From Candidatus Latescibacterota bacterium (GTDB lineage: Bacteria > Latescibacterota > UBA2968 > UBA8231), in contig CBDCSU010000006.1 of the NCBI GenBank assembly GCA_965221775.1, positions 1,856,001 to 1,920,000 on the forward strand: a stretch of 64,000 nt of DNA, written 5' to 3'. Positions 40,642 to 50,044 of the stretch are shown here, piece after piece. Positions within the stretch are counted from its first letter, which is position 1. The number at the start of each line of letters is the position of its first letter. The position numbers and the translations under genes were made by a program. Under the pieces are notes generated by a model that was not told where the DNA came from, did not search any database, and saw nothing but the letters and a program-made list of their open reading frames with translations.

Positions 40642-41962
40642 CCACGTCGAAGCGCAGGAGGACGTCGTGTATGCAACGAGTGCCGAACTCGAGGCAGCGC
40701 GCCGGGACGCGCTCGTCGGCGGCGTGGATGAGCCGGAAGACCTCGATCTCTTCGGGCAGGTCCAGGGGGAGGAACCCGTAGGTCTGGATTCCCAGGCGGC
40801 GGAACTCGCGCCCGTCGGTGGCGCCCACCATGAGCATGGGCATGGGCCGCGCTTCCGGGTCGCGGTCCTTCAGTACCGCCTCGAGAAGAGGCAGCAGCCG
40901 CAGGTCGGGATCTCCCATGGGCTCGCCCAGGGCCCGGGGCGGGTCGAACTCGACGTCGTCGCCCACCAGCGCCTCCAGGTCGGAGACCAGTTTCTCCGGG
41001 CTGGAGTCGGGGAGGATGCGGGCGTCGAAGCCCAGTTCCACCGTGCTCGGGACGACGTTGAACTTCTCACCGGCGTCGATCACCGTCACGTTCACGGTGT
41101 CGTGAAGGATGCAGTCGAAGGCGTCGCCCTCGGATCCCATGCCGTCGAGGGTGGCATCCGTCCGCGCGGGGTCGAGGAGGGCGAGGACGGTGGCCGCTTG
41201 CGGCTCCGGCAGGCCCGCGGCCACGGCCTCGATCATCGCCGCCGCCGCGGGGGTCACGTTCACCGGCAGCCGGCGCCGGTCCAGGGTCGTGAGCACCCGG
41301 CCGAGGCGGGCCATGATCCCGCCCCGGTGGACCATGGCCCCGTGACCGCCGGGACCGCGCAGGCGGCCGGTGAGCCGGACCACCGTCTTCTCCGAAACCT
41401 GGATCGGATAGAAGGATCTGCCGAGGACCCGCTCCCGGTAGCCGCCGAACTCCCCGAGGGCAAAGCGGACCCCCGCGAATTCCCCGGGGTGCTGCTCGAC
41501 CATGAAGCGGGCGCCGTGCTCGGCCCCGGCTTCCTCGTCGGAGAGCAGGCAGAGGATGACGTCCCCGGGCAGGGGAGCGCGCTCGTGGGCGGCGCGCAGG
41601 AAGGCGGCGATCATCATCGCGTCGCCGCCCTTCATGTCGAGGGAACCGCGGCCCCAGATCACGCCCTCGGCGCGTTCGCCTGCGAAGGGGTCGCGGCTCC
41701 AGGGCTGGCCGCCGGTGGTGACGACATCGACGTGTCCGTAGAGGAGCAGCGGCGGCTCGGAGCCGCCGCCGATCCGGGCCACCAGGTTCGGGCGCTCGGG
41801 GTCGAGGGCGAAGAGCCGGGACTCGATGCCGTAGGCGGCGAGCAGGCCGGCCACCCACTCGATGCAGGGACGCTCGCGCCCCGGGGGGTTGGTGGTGTCG
41901 AAGCGAAGGAGGTGCTGCAGCAGCGCTCCGGGATCGGCGTGGAGGCCGCGCAGATCCTCCAT
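40628..41962 (-). CDS. M20/M25/M40 family metallopeptidase
   Basis: DTTNPPG.E, LYGHVDVV, WGRGSLDMKG, DEEAG, GHG, GATD, IHAADER. Confidence 0.93.
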   Translation of the reverse strand: MEDLRGLHADPGALLQHLLRFDTTNPPGRERPCIEWVAGLLAAYGIESRLFALDPERPNLVARIGGGSEPPLLLYGHVDVVTTGGQPWSRDPFAGERAEGVIWGRGSLDMKGGDAMMIAAFLRAAHERAPLPGDVILCLLSDEEAGAEHGARFMVEQHPGEFAGVRFALGEFGGYRERVLGRSFYPIQVSEKTVVRLTGRLRGPGGHGAMVHRGGIMARLGRVLTTLDRRRLPVNVTPAAAAMIEAVAAGLPEPQAATVLALLDPARTDATLDGMGSEGDAFDCILHDTVNVTVIDAGEKFNVVPSTVELGFDARILPDSSPEKLVSDLEALVGDDVEFDPPRALGEPMGDPDLRLLPLLEAVLKDRDPEARPMPMLMVGATDGREFRRLGIQTYGFLPLDLPEEIEVFRLIHAADERVPARCLEFGTRCIHDVLLRFDVVDGP

Positions 41963-41964
41963 GC

Positions 41965-42972
41965 TCAGGCGCAGAGTGGGTGCTCGGTCTGGGGCCGCCG
42001 GAAGGGGATGTCGATCTTGCCGCCCTGGTTGATCATCGACATGTTGGCGCGCGCCTCGAGCCAGGAGCGGTGCCAGGCCTCGGGATCGCGCAGCTCCGTC
42101 TCGGGGTTGGCGCGGCTGCGGGCGACGAAGCCGGGGAAGGCGGTGCGGCCGGTGGGCTCGTGGGTGGGGTTGTAGCGCAGGTCGAAGCTGAAGCGGACCT
42201 CGTCGCTGGTGTTGGAGAGCGAGCCGTGGACGGTCTGCTTGTGCATGAAGATGACCGCGCCCGGAGCCACGGGCAGAGCCCGCGAGTGCTCGGCGTCGAA
42301 GAGCTTCTCGGGGATCTGGGTGCTGCCGGCGGACTTGGGGCCGTTGCCCATGTAGTTGGGGCAGTGGGGCAGCAGGCCACTGCGGTGCGAGCCCGGCACG
42401 ACGTGGAGGGGCCCCTTCTCCATGGGAGTGTCCTCCAGCGAGAACCAGACGGTGAGCATGCGGGTCTCGTCGGCCTCCTCGGTGACCACGCCGTGGTCCT
42501 GGTGCCACTGGGTGGCCCCGAGGACGGGGTTGCCGTGGGCGTTGGTGGGCAGATGCTGCTCGGGCGGCTTGATGCGCACGTGCTGCACCGGGTTGGAGTA
42601 GATCTCGGAACCGATGAGAGACTCCACCGCGTCGAGGAGGTCCGCGTCGGTGAGGGCCCGGAAGACGGCGGGGCCGGCCCAGAAGGGAGTGTCGGGCTTG
42701 ACGTTCTGAAAGGGCAGGGAAAAGTCGAAGTACTGGCTGTGGACGGTACCGGTCTCGATGCAGATCCGGATGTAGCGGTCGCCGAAGTCGAGGTGCTCGT
42801 AGCGCGAGGGGATCTCGCCGCGTTCGTAGAGCTCGTCGGCGAGCCGGTCGAGGACCTCGGCGTACTCCTCGATCACCGGATCGAGGGTCTTCTCCGGGTC
42901 GATGACGTCATCGACGACGACGTAGCCCTGGTCTTCGAAGTGCTCGATCTGCTCGCGGGTGAGGGCGGGCAT
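41965..42972 (-). CDS. Phytanoyl-CoA dioxygenase (PhyH) family protein
   Basis: LTREQIEHFEDQGY, WHQD, VVPGSH, TVHGS..N, RFSFDLRY. Confidence 0.92.
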   Translation of the reverse strand: MPALTREQIEHFEDQGYVVVDDVIDPEKTLDPVIEEYAEVLDRLADELYERGEIPSRYEHLDFGDRYIRICIETGTVHSQYFDFSLPFQNVKPDTPFWAGPAVFRALTDADLLDAVESLIGSEIYSNPVQHVRIKPPEQHLPTNAHGNPVLGATQWHQDHGVVTEEADETRMLTVWFSLEDTPMEKGPLHVVPGSHRSGLLPHCPNYMGNGPKSAGSTQIPEKLFDAEHSRALPVAPGAVIFMHKQTVHGSLSNTSDEVRFSFDLRYNPTHEPTGRTAFPGFVARSRANPETELRDPEAWHRSWLEARANMSMINQGGKIDIPFRRPQTEHPLCA

Positions 42973-43036
42973 GGAATCCTCCGGGTGGTGACGTTCAAGG
43001 GGCGGTCTTCGGCAGCTAATGTACGCCCCCCGTGCT

Positions 43037-43249
43037 TCAGAAGAACATTTTGTAGAGCAGGCGCAGGTTGCGCAGGACGTGGACGCCGGGGGGCACGTTG
43101 GCGAAGAAGAAGTACCCCCCGGCGTCGCTGGTCCGGGCCCGGTCGAGGCCCTCGATGACCACGGTGGTCCAGCCCACGGCCTGGCCGCTCTCGTTGTCGA
43201 CTACGTGACCGGCCAGACCCAGCAGGAGCAGGAGAGTGGGGCGAGAGCC
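43037..43249 (-). pseudogene. Internally deleted TonB-dependent receptor remnant
   Basis: Start-less 70-codon frame: LLLLLGLAGHVVDNESGQAVGWTTVVIEGLDRARTSDAGGYFFFANVPPGVHVL (carboxypeptidase-regulatory-like N-domain) joined directly to RNLRLLYKMFF-stop (OM barrel last strand). Confidence 0.7.
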
Positions 43250-43783
43250 CTAGCCGTCGTCGTCGTGGTCGTCGTCCTCGTGGTCCTCGTCGTCATGGTC
43301 GTGTTCCTCGCCCGGACCGCCCTCCTCGACGTGGATCTCGATCTCCTTGGAGACGAAGTCGGCGTGCCCGCTGTGAAGGATCTTGAGGACGAGGGTGGTC
43401 TCCCCCTCTTCGAGGCCGACGATGTGGAAGGCCCAGGCGCCGTCCTCATCGTGCTGCTCCACATCGGCGATCGTGTCGTCGCCGATCTCCCAGCCGAGGG
43501 AGAAGCCTTCGTCGGCGTGGGGTTCGAAGAGGTCGCCGTCCTCGGCGATGAAGCGCACCGAGAGCAGGGGCGTCTCCCGGTCGTGGCCCACCTCGATGAC
43601 GCCCTCGACCTCGCCGTTCTCCTGGCGCACGATCTCCTCGCCGCTGCTGCGGATGACCAGACCGAACGCTTCGGCGTGTTCTTCGTCGTGGGGCTCGGGG
43701 TCGACGGGGTTGGCGTCGTCGCCGCACCCCGTCAGGAGGGGGAAGAGGAGAGCGACACTTAGAGCGGTGATGTTCCTGAGCAT
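43250..43783 (-). CDS. Lipoprotein with His/Asp/Glu-rich tail, likely metal-binding
   Basis: Lipobox LTGC; HDEEHAE, LHSGHADF, C-terminus EEHDHDDEDHEDDDHDDDG; GGAG RBS. Confidence 0.85.
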   Translation of the reverse strand: MLRNITALSVALLFPLLTGCGDDANPVDPEPHDEEHAEAFGLVIRSSGEEIVRQENGEVEGVIEVGHDRETPLLSVRFIAEDGDLFEPHADEGFSLGWEIGDDTIADVEQHDEDGAWAFHIVGLEEGETTLVLKILHSGHADFVSKEIEIHVEEGGPGEEHDHDDEDHEDDDHDDDG

Positions 43784-43911
43784 TGCGGGTTCTCCATTGG
43801 GTTGAGGAAGGGGACCGGCCCTTTGCCGTCTGGTCCCGGAGGTACGACAAGAGAGCGCATCCGCACCCGGCGGCAAACCGCCGGACGGATCACTGAATCA
43901 GGTGCGGATGC

Positions 43912-44223
43912 TCAGGAACGGGGAGGTGCGCGGGGGCCCTGCGTCGCCAGGTGGATGGCGCAGGGCGCGGAGACTTCGGGATGGCGGAGCGGGGTCTCCC
44001 GGAGCGGCGGCGCCAGGAGCAGCAGACCGAAGACGGCGAGGACGGCGAGGGCGAGGGCCGCCGAAAGGGCCGATACCGGGCACTGCTCGATCTCGAGCCG
44101 CCCGTCGTGGTGCAGGTGGTGCAGCAGGGGAAGGGACAGGGACAAGGACAGCACCAGCGCGGCCAGGGCCAGGATGCCGGCGCCGGGACCGTTGCGCTTC
44201 TGTCCGAAGAGGGAGGGTGCCAT
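43912..44223 (-). CDS. DUF2946-like small membrane protein ending in RAPP (putative regulatory uORF)
   Basis: TM helix - HHLHHD...CPVS - TM helix - ...QGPRAPPRS-stop; upstream of a lipoprotein and TBDR remnant. Confidence 0.72.
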   Translation of the reverse strand: MAPSLFGQKRNGPGAGILALAALVLSLSLSLPLLHHLHHDGRLEIEQCPVSALSAALALAVLAVFGLLLLAPPLRETPLRHPEVSAPCAIHLATQGPRAPPRS

Positions 44224-44363
44224 CGTGGTAGGAGTCACACCTGGTCCGTGTGAGCGTTCAGAACGCCCCTCCGGGAGGCTTCGCCTCGGACCGGAAGGCA
44301 GACCCGGAAAAATAGTGATTGCGGGTCCGGCCCGTCATCCCTCGGGCAGGTTCGACATGCGGA

Positions 44364-45515
44364 TCAGCCGGTGCACCGCCTCAGCCACCCGAGGTTGGGC
44401 CGGGGCATGATCCCGTAGTTGTAGTAGGAGAACTGCTCCACCCCTTGGCGCCGGGCCGCCTCCACCTGGGCCAGCAGCCCGTCGGCGTCGACGGCGCAGG
44501 GGTAGTAGGCCTGCAGGCCCACCACCAGACGCCGGAGATCGGGCACGGTCTCGCCCATGGCGGCCAGCCGCTGGGTGATCTTCTCCGGGGCGTCGACGTA
44601 GGCCAGGATCTCCACCAGGTCGGCGGTGGCGGCCATGCGCGCCGCGTCGATGCCGGCACCCCAGCGGTCGCCCATGAGCAGGAAGGAGACCTCGACGCCG
44701 GTGGCCCGCTGGACTTCTTCCACCAGCGAGACGACCAGGTCCTCGCGCAGGGCCTGGTAGGCCTGCAGCTCTGGATGGCCGGCGACGAGTTCCTCGGGGC
44801 TGCTCTCCAGGGGGCCGCCGCCGGCGAAGACCCCGTCGAGCTGGCCGCGCACCCAGCGCTGCAGACCCTCGCCGTCGATCCCCCGCTCGCGCGCCCGGTC
44901 CAGGCAGCCGGGGGAGAAGCTCAGGCTGAAGAGGTAGCGCCCGGCGGCGCCCAGGTTCACCCCGTCCTTGACGTGGTAGTGGGCGTGGCCGTACCCGCCG
45001 AAGGCGCAGGACTCGAGCTCCAGGCGGCGGACCTGGTAGTTGAGGACGAGGTCGCGGCACAGGGCGATCAGGTAGGCGCGCACATCCGGCTCGCCCGGGC
45101 ACAGGGACCAGCCGGGATTGTCTCCGTAGGCGGTCCGTTCGGCGCACCGGGGGTAGTTCACGGCCAGATCGGTGTTGTGCAGGCCCACGGTCCACGAGAT
45201 CAGGTCGAGCCCCTCGCGCTGGCAGGCCCCGGCCAGGCGGGCGAGGGGATTGGCTTGGCGCGCCAGGGGGGCCACCTGCGGGCGCAGCACGGTATCGTGG
45301 TAGAGGGCGGGATCGGGCTGGAAGTAGAGGGCGGCGGTGTTAGCGGTCAGCAGCTTGGCGCCGGGGCGCTGCGGGCGCAGCTGCTGGAAGGTGTGATACG
45401 CCGTGGCGACGCTGATGGCGTCGAGGCCCAGTTCCTGGCGGAGGTAGCGGACGGAGTCCTCGATGCCGTCGTCGACCAGGTCCCACAAGTAGGACCAGAG
45501 GGTGTGGCAGGCCAT
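44364..45515 (-). CDS. Putative glycoside hydrolase-like TIM-barrel protein
   Basis: SYLWDL.D.G, A..YH, W.V.LHN, LCP..P.VRAYL, LELES, YYNYG; function inferred only. Confidence 0.6.
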   Translation of the reverse strand: MACHTLWSYLWDLVDDGIEDSVRYLRQELGLDAISVATAYHTFQQLRPQRPGAKLLTANTAALYFQPDPALYHDTVLRPQVAPLARQANPLARLAGACQREGLDLISWTVGLHNTDLAVNYPRCAERTAYGDNPGWSLCPGEPDVRAYLIALCRDLVLNYQVRRLELESCAFGGYGHAHYHVKDGVNLGAAGRYLFSLSFSPGCLDRARERGIDGEGLQRWVRGQLDGVFAGGGPLESSPEELVAGHPELQAYQALREDLVVSLVEEVQRATGVEVSFLLMGDRWGAGIDAARMAATADLVEILAYVDAPEKITQRLAAMGETVPDLRRLVVGLQAYYPCAVDADGLLAQVEAARRQGVEQFSYYNYGIMPRPNLGWLRRCTG

Positions 45516-46660
45516 CAGAAGGCCCGGCTGAAGCGGGCGAAGTAGCGCCAGCCGCTCCGCGGGCCGTCCAGGGGCCGCGCCAGGCCGATGCGGAACTCCT
45601 CGTCGAGACGAGCGGCGAAGCCCAGGCTTCTCCGGAAGCGCGCCTCTTGCTCCGGCTCGGGGCCTCCCCGCTCCAGGGCCCGGCGGGCGCCCTCGGGGGA
45701 ATACCAGGCGGCCCCCGTGTCCAGCAGGACCCCCACGCCCTCGACCCAGTACTCGATGTTGAGCAGGACCATCCGGTCGCCGGAGAACGCCTTGTGCGGG
45801 TAGCCGCGCAGGGTGGCGAAACCCCCGAGGTGGTAGAGGTACTGGCGGGGCAGTTCGCCGGAGCCGCGGCCCAGGCGCAGGCGCAGGTCCAGCTCGTTGT
45901 CGCCGTGGTGCAGGTAGCGCCGGGCGTCGAGCAGGTAGCGGCGAAAGGCGAAGTCGCCGCCGAGACGGCCCCCGCCGCGCTCGACCATGCCGTCGACCCG
46001 CCACTTCCGGCCCGACCACCACGGGAACTCCGGGCCCTTCGCCTGCACGTCGAGACGCAGGCTGTAGGCCCGGCCTTCGTCGGCGGCGGGGTTGTCGTTG
46101 AAGGTCTCGCGCGCCAGCCGCGTGCGCAGCGGGTGCCAGCGCCCCAGGTGCCAGTCCACGGGGCTCCAGTTCGACCGGGACTCGAGGGAGAAGAACTCGT
46201 CCCGCTTCCAGCGGCCCGTCACCTGCACCTGGCCGTCGAGGTGGTAGCGGGAGTAGAGGCTCCATCCCCGGCGCTGGTAGTAGTCGAAGTAGTCGCGGCG
46301 GAAGAGGGCGGCGTAGACCGAGTTCTCCTCGGGAGTCAGCAGCCAGGAGTCCTGGGACTCGATCCGGTCGTGCAGCTCGGCGCCGAGACTTTCTCGTCTT
46401 TGGGGCGAGTCCCGCAGGAAGAACTCCTCGAGGCCCACCTGGTACTGCCATTGGCGGGCGCCGAAGGCATAGCCCAGATGGCCGTAGCCGGCCGAGCCGC
46501 GGCCGGTGGCGGCGGGGTAGGCGAGGTCCTTGCGGGCGCCCAGGTAGATCCCCTCGACCCGGTTGAAGCGCAGCTCCCCCTCCTCCGCGGCGTGCACTTC
46601 GGGTGCGGCGGCCAGGCCGGCCACCAGCATGATTCGCCAGCAGGCGTTGATTCTGCTCAT
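45515..46660 (-). CDS. BamA/TamA-like outer-membrane beta-barrel protein
   Basis: Signal peptide, RFNRVEG, LGGFATLRGY...FSGDR, C-terminal RFSRAF; GGAGGT RBS. Confidence 0.75.
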   Translation of the reverse strand: MSRINACWRIMLVAGLAAAPEVHAAEEGELRFNRVEGIYLGARKDLAYPAATGRGSAGYGHLGYAFGARQWQYQVGLEEFFLRDSPQRRESLGAELHDRIESQDSWLLTPEENSVYAALFRRDYFDYYQRRGWSLYSRYHLDGQVQVTGRWKRDEFFSLESRSNWSPVDWHLGRWHPLRTRLARETFNDNPAADEGRAYSLRLDVQAKGPEFPWWSGRKWRVDGMVERGGGRLGGDFAFRRYLLDARRYLHHGDNELDLRLRLGRGSGELPRQYLYHLGGFATLRGYPHKAFSGDRMVLLNIEYWVEGVGVLLDTGAAWYSPEGARRALERGGPEPEQEARFRRSLGFAARLDEEFRIGLARPLDGPRSGWRYFARFSRAF

Positions 46661-46679
46661 CGGATACCTCCCGGGCGGG

Positions 46680-46708
46680 ACCCTACCGAGCAGCCGAAAA
46701 CCTGTCAA
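46680..46708 (-). promoter_or_regulatory. sigma70 promoter of barrel gene
   Basis: TTGACA-17 nt-TAGGGT then GGAGG RBS. Confidence 0.65.
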
Positions 46709-46741
46709 GGACAGGGCGCGGGGCAGCCAGGCTCCCGGGGC

Positions 46742-48516
46742 TCACCTCGCCAGCACCAGCCGCCGCGTGCGGGTCTCGCCGCCGGCGCGCAGCCGGTAGA
46801 GGTAGACGCCGGAGGCCACCTCGCCGCCGGTGTCGTCGGTGCCGTCCCAGGCGACCCGGTGCCGGCCCGGAGGCAGGGCCTGACGGGGGAGCAGGTATCG
46901 CACCCGGCGGCCCTGCAGATCCAGGATGGACAGGCGGCAGGCGGTCGGGGCCGGCAGGCTGAAGGCGATGGTCGTCCAGGCGTTGAAGGGGTTGGGAGAG
47001 TTCTGGGCCAGGGCGAAGGCCTCGGGCGAGGCGGAGCCCAGTCCCACGGCCGTGACGGCCTCCACCGGGAAGACCTGCGAATCGACGCCGAGGTGGCTGC
47101 GCAGCTGGAAGTGGGCGGGGGGTCCCGCGGGGTCCGGCTGCATGACCTGCTCGAAGGCCGCCAGTGCCCCCAGTCACCGGACCGGCCGCGGAAGCGCACC
47201 GCCTGAGGGTTCCCCCGCACCTCGTGGAAGCGCAGGGACCGGCCTCCGTCGGCGCCTCTCTCGATCTCCAGGCGGGCGCGGGACAGGCCGCCTTGGATGC
47301 GGAAGAAGTGGACCTGGGAGACATCGCGTCCATCCGCCAGCCGGAAGTCGGTGAAGGTGCCGACGATGGCGCCGTCGGCGGTCAGCTCGCGGGCGCCGCC
47401 GATGGAGTAGGGGTTCCAGCTCTGGTCGGAGACGGCGTAGTCGTACCAGGTCTCGCCGTTGTCGTCGCTGGCCAGGCAGCCGAGGCGGCCGCCGGCGCTC
47501 GACACGTAGTAGAGGGGGGCCTCCGGCAGACCGGCGCGGCTGGCGAAGAACCCGTCCAGGCTGGCGAGGCGGATCTCCTCGCCCTCGAAGGTGGGGTACA
47601 GGTCGACGTCCCGCGCCGCCGTCGCCAGGTCGTAGCGCACGTAGTGCTGGCGCCACGACTCGGCCTGGGCGGCGTAGACGAAGTGGGCCTTGCCGTCCTT
47701 GACGATCAGATTGGACAGCCAGGAGTGGATCTCGAACTCGTCGTCGAGGGTGACGCGGTCCGTGGGGCCGGTATCGTCCACCCGGACCGGGATCTGCAGC
47801 GGCGTGCCGTCCATGCGGCGCCAGCTCCGGGCGCCGTCGTCGGAGGCCATGTAGTGGATGTCCCAGTACATGTAGACGCCGTGCTGGAGCGTCGTCCAGG
47901 CGGCGTGCAGCACGCCGGAAGGGTCGAGGAAGGAGAGGGGGTACTGGGCCCCCGCGTTGTCGCCGTCCACGGTCAGCTGATGCCGTTCGAGGACGGTGCC
48001 GTCGAGGCCGAGGACGAAGAGGGAGCGGCCCCAGGTGAAGTAGTAGAGCCGGCCCCGGGCCTCGTCGAGGTTCATGCAGTACTTGCCGGCGCTGCCGCCC
48101 GGGATGCGCGACACCGACGGTTGCGAGAAATCCTCGCCGGCCGGGAAGCGGTAGAGGCTGGCGCTGCCGTCGACGAAGTCGGAGCGCACCAGGTAGAGGT
48201 TGCCGGCGGCGTCGGTCTCGATCGCCGGCGGGTTGGTGGCGTCCACCGACTCGTACACGGTCTCGAAGGTGGCTCCGCCGTCGACGCTGCGGGAGAGGCG
48301 CCACTGCTGGGCGGTGAAGGCCTCGTTGCGCGACCGGAGGTGGGTGGTGAAGATGCCCCGGGGGTTGGAGGCCACCTTCTGGTTGTGGGACTGGAAGGTG
48401 GCGTACCCGGCGGCCTCGGCGTCGAGCACGGTGAGGCGCACCTCCGTCAGCCCGGCGGCATGGGCGGTCACGGCAGCGGCGAGGCCGCCGGCGAGGAGAA
48501 GGGGAATCCGCTGCAT
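46742..48516 (-). pseudogene. Secreted BNR/Asp-box beta-propeller protein with FlgD-Ig C-terminal domain, frameshifted near 47156
   Basis: Asp boxes SVDGGATF, SDDGARSW, SDDNGETW in one frame; AQNSPNPFN...WDGTDD.G..VASGVY.YRL in another; one missing base in W-R-P-F-E-Q-V-M-Q. Confidence 0.78.
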
Positions 48517-48538
48517 CGCTGATCTCCCATGGGAGGCG

Positions 48539-49903
48539 TCAGTCCTCCCCCGCCGGCGCCCAGCGGTAGGAGTAGAGACTGGCGTTGCGCAGGTTGAACC
48601 GCAGGTGCACGCGCCCCCCGGCCTGGGGCGGGACCACGTCTCCGCGCCAGCCCGGGGTCAGGTCGATCCCGTCCCGTCCGGAGAGCCGGCTGTCTACGGC
48701 GCCGTGTCCCTCGATCACCTCGCCGTCGGGGCGCAGGACCTCGACGCTGGCGTCCCCGGAGCCGGCGTTGAGGTTCACGGTGAGCCGCCGCGGCACGGTG
48801 GCGTCGAGGGCCGCCGTGAGCAGGAAGCCGGGGTCCATCCGGCCCTCGATGGAGACGAATCCGTCGCGCCGGATCGAGGCCAGGCCCATGGCCCGGCGGT
48901 GCTCGCCCTTCGAGCCGTGGTGGGTGCCGCCGCCCGAGTACCAGAAGCGCAGACGGTCGCCCGCGGCCTCCGGGGCGTTGTTGGTGGGGACCACCCAGTG
49001 GGAGTCCCAGCTGCCCTCGCCGCCCCTCGCCAGGACGGGGTCGCGGTGGCCCACGCGCTGCCAGTGACGGCCGTCGCGGCTCCAGCACAGCTGCGTGTCC
49101 AGGCGCTCCACGGCGCGGTGGTAGACCTCCAGGAAGCCGATCATCCCGGCGCCGTAGCGCAGGGGGAACATGCTGTAGAACTCGGTGCCGGGGCGGTCGT
49201 GCTCGTCGGCCCTCAGCAGGTGCCCCCGAAAGGACCACTCCCACAGATCCTCGCTCTCCCAGAGGGAGACCTCCCGCTGGCGCAGGACCCCGGCGGCGGT
49301 GGCCCTGCGGGTGGTCAGCATCCACATGTCGCGCACGGGATCGCGGGAGACGGAGTAGCGGTCGCCGGCGCGGATCACCGGCTCCTGCCCGACGGTCCAG
49401 TGGATGCCGTCCGGGGAGGCGGCCCGGTAGATGCCCCGCTGCCGCCGGCTCCCGCTCTGGTAGAGGGTGGCGACGAAGCGCTCGCCGGGCGCCGCGCCCG
49501 GCGGGTCGAGCCAGGGGAAGAGCAGACGCGCGTTCGAGTCCCGGGGCAGGGCGACGATGTTGGTGGGCGCTCCGTCGCCGTCGCGCATCACGTCGAGGGC
49601 CGGCTTCTCCCAGTGGATGCCGTCGGGGGAGGTGGCGTACCCGGTCCCGTAGCGGCACGGCGAGGGCTCGTTGGAGGTCGCCCCCAGGTACCAGCACTTG
49701 TAGAGCCCGTCCGCCGGGTCGAGGAGGACGCGCCGCGGCACCACCTGCCCCGTCTCCCAGGGCCGGTCGGGGGGCAGCACCGGCTCCAGGGACTCGCGGC
49801 GCATCGGGTTGATCAGCCGCGTCACCCCGGCGAGGGAGTCGATCTCCTCGTCGGACAGGAACAGGTGCAGGTGGGGGTCGGGCCAGCCCGCTGGAATGCT
49901 CAT
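48539..49903 (-). CDS. Five-bladed beta-propeller glycosidase-like protein (GH32/43/130 clan-like)
   Basis: PWE, YKCWY, YATSPDGIHWEKP, SPDGIHW, WSRDGRHW, R.DGFVS; AAGGAG RBS. Confidence 0.75.
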   Translation of the reverse strand: MSIPAGWPDPHLHLFLSDEEIDSLAGVTRLINPMRRESLEPVLPPDRPWETGQVVPRRVLLDPADGLYKCWYLGATSNEPSPCRYGTGYATSPDGIHWEKPALDVMRDGDGAPTNIVALPRDSNARLLFPWLDPPGAAPGERFVATLYQSGSRRQRGIYRAASPDGIHWTVGQEPVIRAGDRYSVSRDPVRDMWMLTTRRATAAGVLRQREVSLWESEDLWEWSFRGHLLRADEHDRPGTEFYSMFPLRYGAGMIGFLEVYHRAVERLDTQLCWSRDGRHWQRVGHRDPVLARGGEGSWDSHWVVPTNNAPEAAGDRLRFWYSGGGTHHGSKGEHRRAMGLASIRRDGFVSIEGRMDPGFLLTAALDATVPRRLTVNLNAGSGDASVEVLRPDGEVIEGHGAVDSRLSGRDGIDLTPGWRGDVVPPQAGGRVHLRFNLRNASLYSYRWAPAGED

Positions 49904-50044
49904 GGCGACGGTTCTCCTTGCCGCCAATCTATCGGCAGCAGAGGGGAGGGCAACCTGCCGGCCCTGCTCTCGCCGCCGGCGGGGCAATCGCCTTTGTTAC
50001 CCCGGCTCGCGGCAGGGACGCCGCCGGTCGAAGAGGAGGACCGA

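Noticed and set aside
43247-43255. In-frame TAG followed by 70 open codons: possible pyrrolysine or stop read-through fusion
   Set aside because: No pyl genes are visible. A decayed, internally deleted TBDR gene explains the frame more simply.
43253-43310. Short tandem repeats resembling an array
   Set aside because: These are coding triplet repeats for the His/Asp tail. No CRISPR-like repeat-spacer periodicity was seen here or elsewhere in the window.
44305-44328. AT-rich GAAAAATAGTGATTGCGGGT upstream of the RAPP uORF as a Fur/Zur box
   Set aside because: The position is suggestive, but dyad symmetry is too weak to call without a lineage-specific matrix.
48200-50044. 1115-aa ORF suggesting a large N-terminal fusion on the FAD oxidoreductase
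   Set aside because: The upstream part is the antisense of two real minus-strand genes. The true start is GTG 50045 behind a GAGGAGG RBS.
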